Origin: a virus | Length of the DNA stretch: 64,000 bases | Strand: one strand, 5' to 3' | Virus record (IMG/VR): IMGVR_UViG_3300025168_000039 | Span: 32,001 to 96,000 of that record | Part shown: piece after piece, positions 56,749 to 64,000 of the stretch | Layout: every line of letters begins with the position of its first letter | How positions within the stretch are numbered: position 1 is the stretch's first letter | Program-made: the position numbers and the translations under genes | The notes under the pieces: generated by a model | Databases searched by the model: none | Seen by the model: only the letters and a program-made list of their open reading frames with translations | Told to the model about the DNA's origin: nothing

Positions 56749-56888
56749 TTGTTGTGTGAGATAAAAATGTATGAATTAAAAGTAAAAACCGGAACATATA
56801 GATCAGATACTTTATTTTCATTAATGTGGGTTGTATTTTATCATAGGCTACATCATTGGAAAAAGGGTGAGGGGTTTGTAGATTAGAA

Positions 56889-58613
56889 ATGGAAGTTGTC
56901 TTAGACATTGAGACTGATGGCTTAGATGCAACAGAAATATTCTGTATCGTAGCCAAGGAACGTGAGTCAGGTAAGATACATGTCTGGAAAGAGCAACAAT
57001 GTTATGAAACATTTCCTTTGTTCGCAAAGCGTGTGTCTAAATTCATCATGCACAACGGCATATCTTTTGACGCCTATGTTCTTAACAACCTTACTTCAGT
57101 TGATATTGATATAGATCGTATTGAGGATACTCTAATCTTATCCCAGCTTACATCTCCTGTAAGAGATGGCGGTCATTCCCTGGAATCTTGGGGGCAAAGG
57201 TTAGGCTTCGATAAGATAGACTTCCATGACTTCTCTTGTCTCACTCAAGAGATGGTGGACTATTGTATTCGAGATGTAGAACTTACCGAGAGAGTTTACA
57301 TTGCGCTTCAGACAGACGTGAAGTCTATTCGGAGACAGTGTATAGATTTAGAATACGAAGTTAGGAAGTTAGTTTCTCAACAAGAGAGGAACGGCTTCAC
57401 CTTGGATATGCAAAAGGCTACTTGTCTTGTTGCTAAATTAAAAGATCAATCAGATCAAATTGAAAAAGATGTTACAGATATGTTCCCGCCTATACCTGTA
57501 CTTGTCAGGGAAGTCATACCTAAAATTAAAAAAGATGGTAGCTTATCTACGGTTGGGCTAAGACACATAGAAGATATATCTACTGTGGGTGGTGTTCACT
57601 CTGCTATCGACTATCAAGAATTTAACCTGTCTTCCAGGCAACAGATAGTTAAAAGACTTTTATCTAAAGGTTGGAAGCCTAAGAAGTTTACAGAGAAAGG
57701 TCATCCGATTGTTGATGAGGGTGTGCTGAAGGATGTAGATTTACCTGAAGCAAAAAAGATAGCAGAGTTTCTCATGCTTCGTAAAAGGATAGCACAGATA
57801 CAATCGTGGATAGATGCTGTTAAAGATGATGGAAAGGTACATGGACAAGTTCTTACGCTACGTGCAATCTCTGGAAGAATGGCGCATCATTCTCCGAATA
57901 TGGCGCAGGTTCCAGCTAGTTACTCACCGTATGGTAAGGAATGCAGAGAATGCTGGACTGCTGGGGATTCACCTAGTCTTGTACTTGTTGGCTGTGATGC
58001 TTCTTCTTTGGAACTACGTGCGCTGGCACATTATTTAAACGATAGTAAGTTCACCAGTGATGTTGTTGATGGTGACATACACACCGCCAACCAACATGCG
58101 GCAGGGTTAGAGACACGCGATCAAGCTAAGACATTTATCTATGCGTTTATCTATGGTGCAGGGGCAGCTAAAATCGGCTCTGTGGTAGGCGGTACAGCAC
58201 AAGATGGTCAGAGACTAATAGATACCTTCTTGTCTAACGTGCCAGCCTTGGCAACGCTTAGAGCGAAAGTAGATGCTGCCTCTAACAGAGGATATCTTAT
58301 CGGTTTGGATGGTAGGAAACTCATGGTGAGGAACAAACACTCGGCAGTAAATCTTTTAGTACAAGGTGCGGGTGCAGTAATATGTAAGCAATGGTTAGTT
58401 GACATACATGATTCACTCTCCTACACTGAAATGAAGGCGCGTCTTGTTGCGTCAATACATGATGAATACCAACATGAAATTAATAAAGATCAGGCTGAAG
58501 AATTTGGAGAGCTAACCAAATTGGCTATGAGAAAAACTCAAGAAAGGTTAGGTATCAAATGCCCACTGGACAGCGAATACAAAGTCGGCCACAACTGGTC
58601 ACTGACGCATTAA
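56889..58613 (+). CDS. polA: T7-like family A DNA polymerase (outer phage)
   Basis: DIETDG, DASSLELR, AKTFIYAFIYG, IHDEYQ. Confidence 0.96.
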   Translation: MEVVLDIETDGLDATEIFCIVAKERESGKIHVWKEQQCYETFPLFAKRVSKFIMHNGISFDAYVLNNLTSVDIDIDRIEDTLILSQLTSPVRDGGHSLESWGQRLGFDKIDFHDFSCLTQEMVDYCIRDVELTERVYIALQTDVKSIRRQCIDLEYEVRKLVSQQERNGFTLDMQKATCLVAKLKDQSDQIEKDVTDMFPPIPVLVREVIPKIKKDGSLSTVGLRHIEDISTVGGVHSAIDYQEFNLSSRQQIVKRLLSKGWKPKKFTEKGHPIVDEGVLKDVDLPEAKKIAEFLMLRKRIAQIQSWIDAVKDDGKVHGQVLTLRAISGRMAHHSPNMAQVPASYSPYGKECRECWTAGDSPSLVLVGCDASSLELRALAHYLNDSKFTSDVVDGDIHTANQHAAGLETRDQAKTFIYAFIYGAGAAKIGSVVGGTAQDGQRLIDTFLSNVPALATLRAKVDAASNRGYLIGLDGRKLMVRNKHSAVNLLVQGAGAVICKQWLVDIHDSLSYTEMKARLVASIHDEYQHEINKDQAEEFGELTKLAMRKTQERLGIKCPLDSEYKVGHNWSLTH

Positions 58614-59125
58614 TAACTTTAACAACTGCAGAGTTAAGGACCAGTGCGTTCATTGGTAAGTCGCGTAATAAAAAGAGTAGAGGTGCTGGGGTATTTGATA
58701 GCTCTGTTGCAGATACTAACATGATAGATATCATAGGCGCAGAGGCTGAGTTAGCTTTTGCAAAACTATGCAACTTATATCCGACAGACTTTATGATACT
58801 CGGCCCGCATTCAAAAGCTAAAGGGACTGATGATGGTGATCTAAATATAGATGGTGTTTGTGTTGATGTTAAAACCACAACCCATGAGAATGGGATGTTG
58901 CTCTGCACTTCAAAACACCTTTCTGGTATAGATTTATTTGCTTTAATAATAAAGAAAGGAGAAGACACGTTTCAATTAAAAGGCTTCATGCTTGCGACTG
59001 AACTTATAGCTGAAGATAGGTTTGGTAGAGCGGAAGGTAAACTTAAAAGACCTGCATATGTGGCTAAACAAGATGAACTATATTGTTATAAAACTGCTAT
59101 GCAAAAGTTAAAAAAAATATCTTGA
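58559..59125 (+). CDS. Putative PD-(D/E)xK nuclease-like protein (start uncertain)
   Basis: GAEAELAF...D.D......VDVKTT. Confidence 0.55.
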   Translation: MPTGQRIQSRPQLVTDALITLTTAELRTSAFIGKSRNKKSRGAGVFDSSVADTNMIDIIGAEAELAFAKLCNLYPTDFMILGPHSKAKGTDDGDLNIDGVCVDVKTTTHENGMLLCTSKHLSGIDLFALIIKKGEDTFQLKGFMLATELIAEDRFGRAEGKLKRPAYVAKQDELYCYKTAMQKLKKIS

Positions 59126-59150
59126 CACTATAAAATTATACCTGTATTTT
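59122..59150 (+). promoter_or_regulatory. Sigma70-like promoter upstream of the outer SSB
   Basis: TTGACA-17 bp-TATTTT; equivalent position to 6917. Confidence 0.55.
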
Positions 59151-59209
59151 ATAAACTCAACTATCAAACTAAGTAGTTAGACTTAGTAAATTGTAAAGGA
59201 GAATGTACT

Positions 59210-59677
59210 ATGGATGCTCATATTATTTCTGGTAAAGCTTACTGGGCAAGCGTTGTTAAACCAAACACAACTTACGAAGGTGCATGGCAAGTTGATGTTT
59301 GCCTTGATGAGGACAATAAAAGTATGGTCGAAAGTCTTGGTCTTACTGTTCAGAACAAAGGCGATGAGAAAGGTGACTTTGTAAAAATTAAGCGTAAGGT
59401 AAACAAGCTTGATGGTTCACAACGCACTGCTCCTATTGTTAAAGATTCTAATAATAACGATTGGGATGATAGGCTTATCGGAAATGGTAGTCTGGTCAAT
59501 GTTAAATTTTCTACTTATGATTGGAACTACAACAATAAAAAAGGTAAAGCCTCTTTTCTTCTTGCTGTTCAGGTAGTTGACTTAGTTCCCTACGGTGGCG
59601 GTGGTTCAGAATTTGAACCTGTTAAAGATGGCTTCGTAGTTGGTGGTGGTGAGGCTGTTCAAGAAGCTCCTTTCTAG
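59210..59677 (+). CDS. ssDNA-binding protein (outer phage)
   Basis: Paralog of 7229-7735 (GDEKGDFVK.KRKV, IGNGSLV, QVVDLV). Confidence 0.85.
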   Translation: MDAHIISGKAYWASVVKPNTTYEGAWQVDVCLDEDNKSMVESLGLTVQNKGDEKGDFVKIKRKVNKLDGSQRTAPIVKDSNNNDWDDRLIGNGSLVNVKFSTYDWNYNNKKGKASFLLAVQVVDLVPYGGGGSEFEPVKDGFVVGGGEAVQEAPF

Positions 59678-59770
59678 AACAGATCACAATAAGGGGTTGC
59701 CTCTCTGGGTAAAATGCGGCAACTAAGTTAGTAGTGCGGGAGGGAGACTAACACTTTTAAGGAAATAACT

Positions 59771-60850
59771 ATGTCAAAACATGCTTTGATTACAGGACTT
59801 ACTGGACAAGATGGCTCTTATCTAGCTGAATTACTCCTATCAAAAAACTATCATGTTCATGGTTTGGTCAGGCGTAGCTCAACACCTAACACAAAAAATA
59901 TAGAACATATTCTAGACAACGCCAACATCTCCATACATGTAGGAGACATGACTGATAGCGCTGGTTTAACCAAGATAGTAAACAACATCAAACCTGTTGA
60001 AGTCTATAACCTAGCTGCACAAAGCCATGTAAAAATATCTTTCGATACTCCTGTATGTACGGGAGACATAAACGCTCTTGGTTCAATGCGTTTGCTTGAG
60101 GCATGTAGGAATATAAAAGATTGTCCTCAACCAAAGTTTTATCAAGCTTCATCTAGCGAGTTGTTTGGAAAGATACAGGAGCCAATTCAAAATGAAACAA
60201 CTCCAATGTATCCTCGCTCACCATATGGCGTAGCAAAACACTATGCTTACTGGGCAGTAAAAAATTATCGAGAAGCCTACAACATGTTTGCTTGTAACGG
60301 CATCCTGTTCAACCATGAAAGTCCTAGACGGGGAGAAGAGTTTGTCACTAGAAAAGTAACTAAGTATGTGGCTAACTGGCATCCAAATTCTAAACCACTT
60401 GAGTTAGGAAACCTTTCTAGTCTGCGAGATTGGGGACATGCTAAAGATTATGTTAAGGGCATGTGGCTTATGCTACAAGCGCCAGAGGCTGACGACTATG
60501 TGTTAGCTACAGGTAAGAAGAACAGTGTTCGCGAACTGGTAGAAAGTTGTTTCTTGATAGCTTGTAATAGGACTGTTGTCTGGGAAGGAGAAGGGGTTGA
60601 TGAGAAGGGGTATGTTTTTTTCACTGATGTATACAACAAACCTCAAAAACATTTAGTGGTTGTAGTTAATCCTGATTTTTATAGGCCGTCTGAAGTAGAT
60701 GTTCTATGTGGAGATTCCACCAAGGCTAAGACAAAATTAAAATGGACTTGTGATTATACTTTTATATCTCTAATAAAAGAGATGTTACTAGCAGATAAAC
60801 CAGAAAAAGATTGGTTTACAAACGGAGGTGAATTACCTAATGGTTACTGA
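59771..60850 (+). CDS. gmd: GDP-mannose 4,6-dehydratase
   Basis: ALITGLTGQDGSYLAE, YNLAAQSHV, FYQASSSE, YPRSPYGVAK, LFNHESPRRG. Confidence 0.95.
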   Translation: MSKHALITGLTGQDGSYLAELLLSKNYHVHGLVRRSSTPNTKNIEHILDNANISIHVGDMTDSAGLTKIVNNIKPVEVYNLAAQSHVKISFDTPVCTGDINALGSMRLLEACRNIKDCPQPKFYQASSSELFGKIQEPIQNETTPMYPRSPYGVAKHYAYWAVKNYREAYNMFACNGILFNHESPRRGEEFVTRKVTKYVANWHPNSKPLELGNLSSLRDWGHAKDYVKGMWLMLQAPEADDYVLATGKKNSVRELVESCFLIACNRTVVWEGEGVDEKGYVFFTDVYNKPQKHLVVVVNPDFYRPSEVDVLCGDSTKAKTKLKWTCDYTFISLIKEMLLADKPEKDWFTNGGELPNGY

Positions 60851-62021
60851 AATTAACTGGCCTTTAGCCCATGACACTTGGGACAATAAAGAACGAGATG
60901 CAATGCATGAAGTTATTGCTTCTGGTAGATTTACTTTCGGAGAAAAAGTAAAAAAGTTTGAGGATGAATTTTGTGAGTACTTTGGATTTCCTTACGCTGT
61001 TCAAGTTAACAGTGGTGGCAGCGCTAACCTTTTAATGGTGGCTGCTGCTGTTGAAAGAGGATGGATATCCAAGGGAGATAAAGTTATTGTACCTGCCGTT
61101 GGTTGGAGTACATCTTACTTCCCGTTTATTCAGTACGGCATTGACTTAATTTTTGTAGATGTTGATAAAGATACTTGGAACATTAATGTAGATCAAATTG
61201 AGGACAACATAGAGGACGATGTAAAGGGTATCCTTGCTATCAATATTTTAGGTAATCCTTGTGACTTTAAAACACTCAACTCTCTGTGTAATAAATATGA
61301 TTTAATATTGTTTGAAGACAACTGCGAGTCTATGGGTGCAAAGCAAGGAGACGCTTACTGTGGTGGGTTTGGTGATATAGGTACGTTCAGTACATTCTTC
61401 AGTCACCACATACAAACTATGGAAGGCGGTATGGTTGTCTGTAATGATCCTGAGACATATAACAAGCTGTTAAGTCTTAGGTCACATGGATGGACAAGAG
61501 GTACAAAGTACTACACAAACAATCCTTTTGAGTTTGTTACGCTAGGATATAATGTACGGCCAGGAGAATTGAACGGTGCTTTAGGTTCTGTCCAGCTAAA
61601 TAAATTAGATGACATGAACAACCAAAGAATTAAAAACGCAGATACATTTATAAAATATTTTGATAACAAAGACTACTGTAGGATTCAAAAGGTGGAGGAT
61701 AATAGTCTTTCCTCATGGTTTGGTTTTGGTCTTGTCTTTGATCGTAACTCGTTCAGGCAAAGAACAAAACAAATACTCGAAGAGTATTCTATTGATAACA
61801 GACCTATATGTACTGGTAATTTTTTCAATCAGCCTGTATGTAAAAAGTATTATAAGAACATTGAGAGAGGAGCAGTACTGGTCGAAGCGCGTAAACTTGA
61901 TGACAATGGTTTGTTCTTAGGAAACAACCCTATGGATTTAGAGCCAGCTATAAAAAGCCTTAGTAAAATTTTAGACCACGAGTTTGGTGAGAAAAGTATT
62001 TCAAATTCAGGATCATTATAA
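60840..62021 (+). CDS. colD: PLP-dependent ColD-like GDP-4-keto-6-deoxymannose 3-dehydratase (DegT family)
   Basis: VNSGGSANL, EDNCES, FSTFFSHHIQTMEGG with His at the usual Schiff-base Lys position. Confidence 0.75.
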   Translation: MVTEINWPLAHDTWDNKERDAMHEVIASGRFTFGEKVKKFEDEFCEYFGFPYAVQVNSGGSANLLMVAAAVERGWISKGDKVIVPAVGWSTSYFPFIQYGIDLIFVDVDKDTWNINVDQIEDNIEDDVKGILAINILGNPCDFKTLNSLCNKYDLILFEDNCESMGAKQGDAYCGGFGDIGTFSTFFSHHIQTMEGGMVVCNDPETYNKLLSLRSHGWTRGTKYYTNNPFEFVTLGYNVRPGELNGALGSVQLNKLDDMNNQRIKNADTFIKYFDNKDYCRIQKVEDNSLSSWFGFGLVFDRNSFRQRTKQILEEYSIDNRPICTGNFFNQPVCKKYYKNIERGAVLVEARKLDDNGLFLGNNPMDLEPAIKSLSKILDHEFGEKSISNSGSL

Positions 62022-62885
62022 ATGACAAAAACTATAGATACTATTGTTGAAGATATCTACAACATTTTTGAATGTGCTGAAGAGGTTAAGGTAAAGAAAG
62101 AAGACTTAGATGAATTAGCAAAAGGTATAGTAGATGCTGTTACTGGCTCCATTAAAGAGAGAGAAAGATCAAGAGGTAATTTAAGGTTGTCTCTTATTGG
62201 TCACCCTGACAGAAAGATTTGGTACACTGTTAGAGATGGAGACAAGATTGGTAAGGAAAAGTTAAAGGGACAAGACAAAATAAAGTTCTTGTATGGCCAT
62301 ATCCTAGAGTGTCTTCTTGTCTTTCTCTCTCGTACTGCCGGTCATACAGTTACTGATGAACAGAAAACTGTTACTGTTAATGGGGTGGTCGGTCATCAAG
62401 ATGCCATAGTTGATGATGTTCTTGTTGACTTCAAGAGTGCATCAAGTTATGGGTTTAAGAAATTTAAAGAAAATAAAATTCATTCAGATGATCCGTTTGG
62501 TTACATAGCACAAATATCTGCTTATGCTAAAGCAAATAACTTAGATAAGGCTGGTTTCGTAGTAATAGATAAATCATCAGGTGAACTTTGTTACTGTCCT
62601 GTTCATTCTATGGAGATGATAAATGCAGAAGAAAGGATTGAGTCTCTTAAACAGATTGTTAAATCTGATATTGCTCCCTCTCGCTGTTATAGCGATATTC
62701 CTGATGGTAAGTCTGGGAACCATAAGCTTCATATTGGTTGCGTCTATTGTTCTTTTAAGCATGTTTGTTGGTCTGATGCTAACGGGGGTGCGGGTCTTAA
62801 AAAATTCAATTACTCTACTGGTCCGAGGTACTTAACCAGGATAGGCCGCACGCCTGATGTAGAGGAAATACATGAAGAGATTTAG
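62022..62885 (+). CDS. PD-(D/E)xK exonuclease (outer phage)
   Basis: Paralog of 7787-8647. Confidence 0.85.
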   Translation: MTKTIDTIVEDIYNIFECAEEVKVKKEDLDELAKGIVDAVTGSIKERERSRGNLRLSLIGHPDRKIWYTVRDGDKIGKEKLKGQDKIKFLYGHILECLLVFLSRTAGHTVTDEQKTVTVNGVVGHQDAIVDDVLVDFKSASSYGFKKFKENKIHSDDPFGYIAQISAYAKANNLDKAGFVVIDKSSGELCYCPVHSMEMINAEERIESLKQIVKSDIAPSRCYSDIPDGKSGNHKLHIGCVYCSFKHVCWSDANGGAGLKKFNYSTGPRYLTRIGRTPDVEEIHEEI

Positions 62886-63297
62886 ATCCAAGTCTGAAAA
62901 GAAAGCAAATGATTTTTTAAAGGACAAAAAGGTTTCGTTTAAATTTGAACCTTATTATGTTAAATATATGTGGATTGAAAATAAAAAGTATCTGCCTGAT
63001 TTTGTTTTAGACAATGAAATTATTTTAGAAGTTAAAGGTAGGTTTACTTTAGATGACAGAAAGAAACATCTCTTTCTTAGAGAGAGTAATCCAGATTTGG
63101 ACGTTAGATTTGTATTCGACAACCCTAATACTAGGCTTTATAAAGGGGCTAAATCAACCTATGCTAACTGGTGTAACAAGCAGGGGTTTTTATTTTGTAA
63201 ACTATCTGATGGCATTCCTGAAGGGTGGATAAGTGGAAAAAAAAGAAACAAAAATTCTTCTGGAAATAGAAGAGATAATAAAAAAAAGAAAGGCTGA
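62872..63297 (+). CDS. T7 endonuclease I-like resolvase
   Basis: FRSKSE...YLPDF...ILEVKGRF...DRKKHL...P.LDVRFVF. Confidence 0.88.
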   Translation: MKRFRSKSEKKANDFLKDKKVSFKFEPYYVKYMWIENKKYLPDFVLDNEIILEVKGRFTLDDRKKHLFLRESNPDLDVRFVFDNPNTRLYKGAKSTYANWCNKQGFLFCKLSDGIPEGWISGKKRNKNSSGNRRDNKKKKG

Positions 63298-63577
63298 TCC
63301 AGAACAGCTTCTGTTTATGAGTGTTATATTGCAAGCCATGCTTGACGCTACTAAACCGATAACGCCAAAGGAATCAGACGAAGCTATAGCAGCAAGGGAG
63401 ACATCTATGTCTTGGTTCTTCTGCTCTGCGGGAGTGACTGCAGATGACTTTACGACTGTCTGTGACATAGCGGATGTTGATCCTGATTATGTACGATCAT
63501 TCGCTCATAAAGTTATACGGTCAAAAGAGATTGACTTTGTGAGAAAAAGAATAAACACTGTCTTAACTTTTAATTAG
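63233..63577 (+). CDS. Conserved hypothetical protein (paralog of 8942-9280)
   Basis: Shared motifs and same gene order. Confidence 0.75.
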   Translation: MEKKETKILLEIEEIIKKRKADPEQLLFMSVILQAMLDATKPITPKESDEAIAARETSMSWFFCSAGVTADDFTTVCDIADVDPDYVRSFAHKVIRSKEIDFVRKRINTVLTFN

Positions 63578-63587
63578 GAAAAGACCC

Positions 63588-63857
63588 ATGTACCAGTTTG
63601 ACGAAGAACATTATTTAGAAGAGATACACCACTACGTTGATGAGACTTACAGCCAACACTATGCCCAAGGTAAATATCAAGCGACAGATGTAATTTTAGA
63701 CGCAGGATATGGAGAAGGTTTCTGCATAGGTAACATACTGAAATACTGTAAGAGGTATGGGAAAAAAGCAGGTAGGAATAGAAAAGATTTGTTAAAGGTA
63801 ATTCACTATGCAATAATTATGCTCCACATCCATGACCAAAAAGAGGAAGGAAGCTAA
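63588..63857 (+). CDS. DUF3310-like protein
   Basis: TY.QHY...GFCIGNILKY..RYGKK...DLLK..HY. Confidence 0.8.
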   Translation: MYQFDEEHYLEEIHHYVDETYSQHYAQGKYQATDVILDAGYGEGFCIGNILKYCKRYGKKAGRNRKDLLKVIHYAIIMLHIHDQKEEGS

Positions 63858-63860
63858 TAT

Positions 63861-64000
63861 ATGTCACAGTTTCGCTCAAATGAAAATCCTATGTTCCGCT
63901 CTAAGTTTAGTGAAGATATCTTTAAACACAAATACGCACATACTGGATGCGAAACGTGGTCAAGTTTAGCCAGCGTTCTAGTGGAAGATGTTTGCCAAGA
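63861..64000 (+). CDS. nrdJ: Ribonucleotide reductase N-terminus, 3'-truncated (outer phage)
   Basis: NPMFRSKFSEDIF..KYAH...LVEDVCQ matches the start of 9538-11238. Confidence 0.88.
   Translation, partial: MSQFRSNENPMFRSKFSEDIFKHKYAHTGCETWSSLASVLVEDVCQ

Noticed and set aside
59168-59187. ACTAAGT-AGTTAG-ACTTAGT hairpin as another member of the bulged-hairpin family
   Set aside because: Too short and lacks the TAATTAAT base and the bulge.
153-63813. Many short antisense or off-frame ORFs in the track (e.g. 153-383, 16720-16968, 32397-32630, 41224-41634, 58555-58968)
   Set aside because: They overlap well-supported genes and show no recognisable motifs.

Overview
The window is entirely phage DNA and contains two related podovirus-like genomes, one nested inside the other. 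The inner genome (1357-56571) looks complete: about 55.2 kb, unit length 54,724 bp, bounded by a 491-bp direct repeat with one mismatch. Its + strand carries early genes, a T7-like replication block (primase-helicase, PolA, SSB, exonuclease, resolvase, ThyX, class II RNR), tRNA-Arg(TCT), a glycosyl/methyltransferase module and TerS. Its - strand carries the morphogenesis operon (TerL, portal, GroES-like, scaffold, major capsid, tail/adaptor proteins, fibres, gp38-like adhesins, ejection proteins). I see no integrase or RNA polymerase, and several near-consensus sigma70 promoters are present. The outer genome (1-1356 and 56572-64000) is a paralogous replication block with gmd and a colD-like gene. 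One of its small genes is split exactly at the insertion point. The main points of interest are: (i) the phage-in-phage arrangement, which may be an artefact; (ii) six covarying bulged hairpins placed in front of early genes and the primase; (iii) gp38-like adhesins linked to a cupin and to glutaminase-less asparagine-synthetase-like ligases; (iv) a GT/MTase/Maf-like fusion together with Val-Ser-rich virion proteins; (v) short Gly motifs shared across internal virion proteins. All family calls come from reading motifs by eye; no searches were run.
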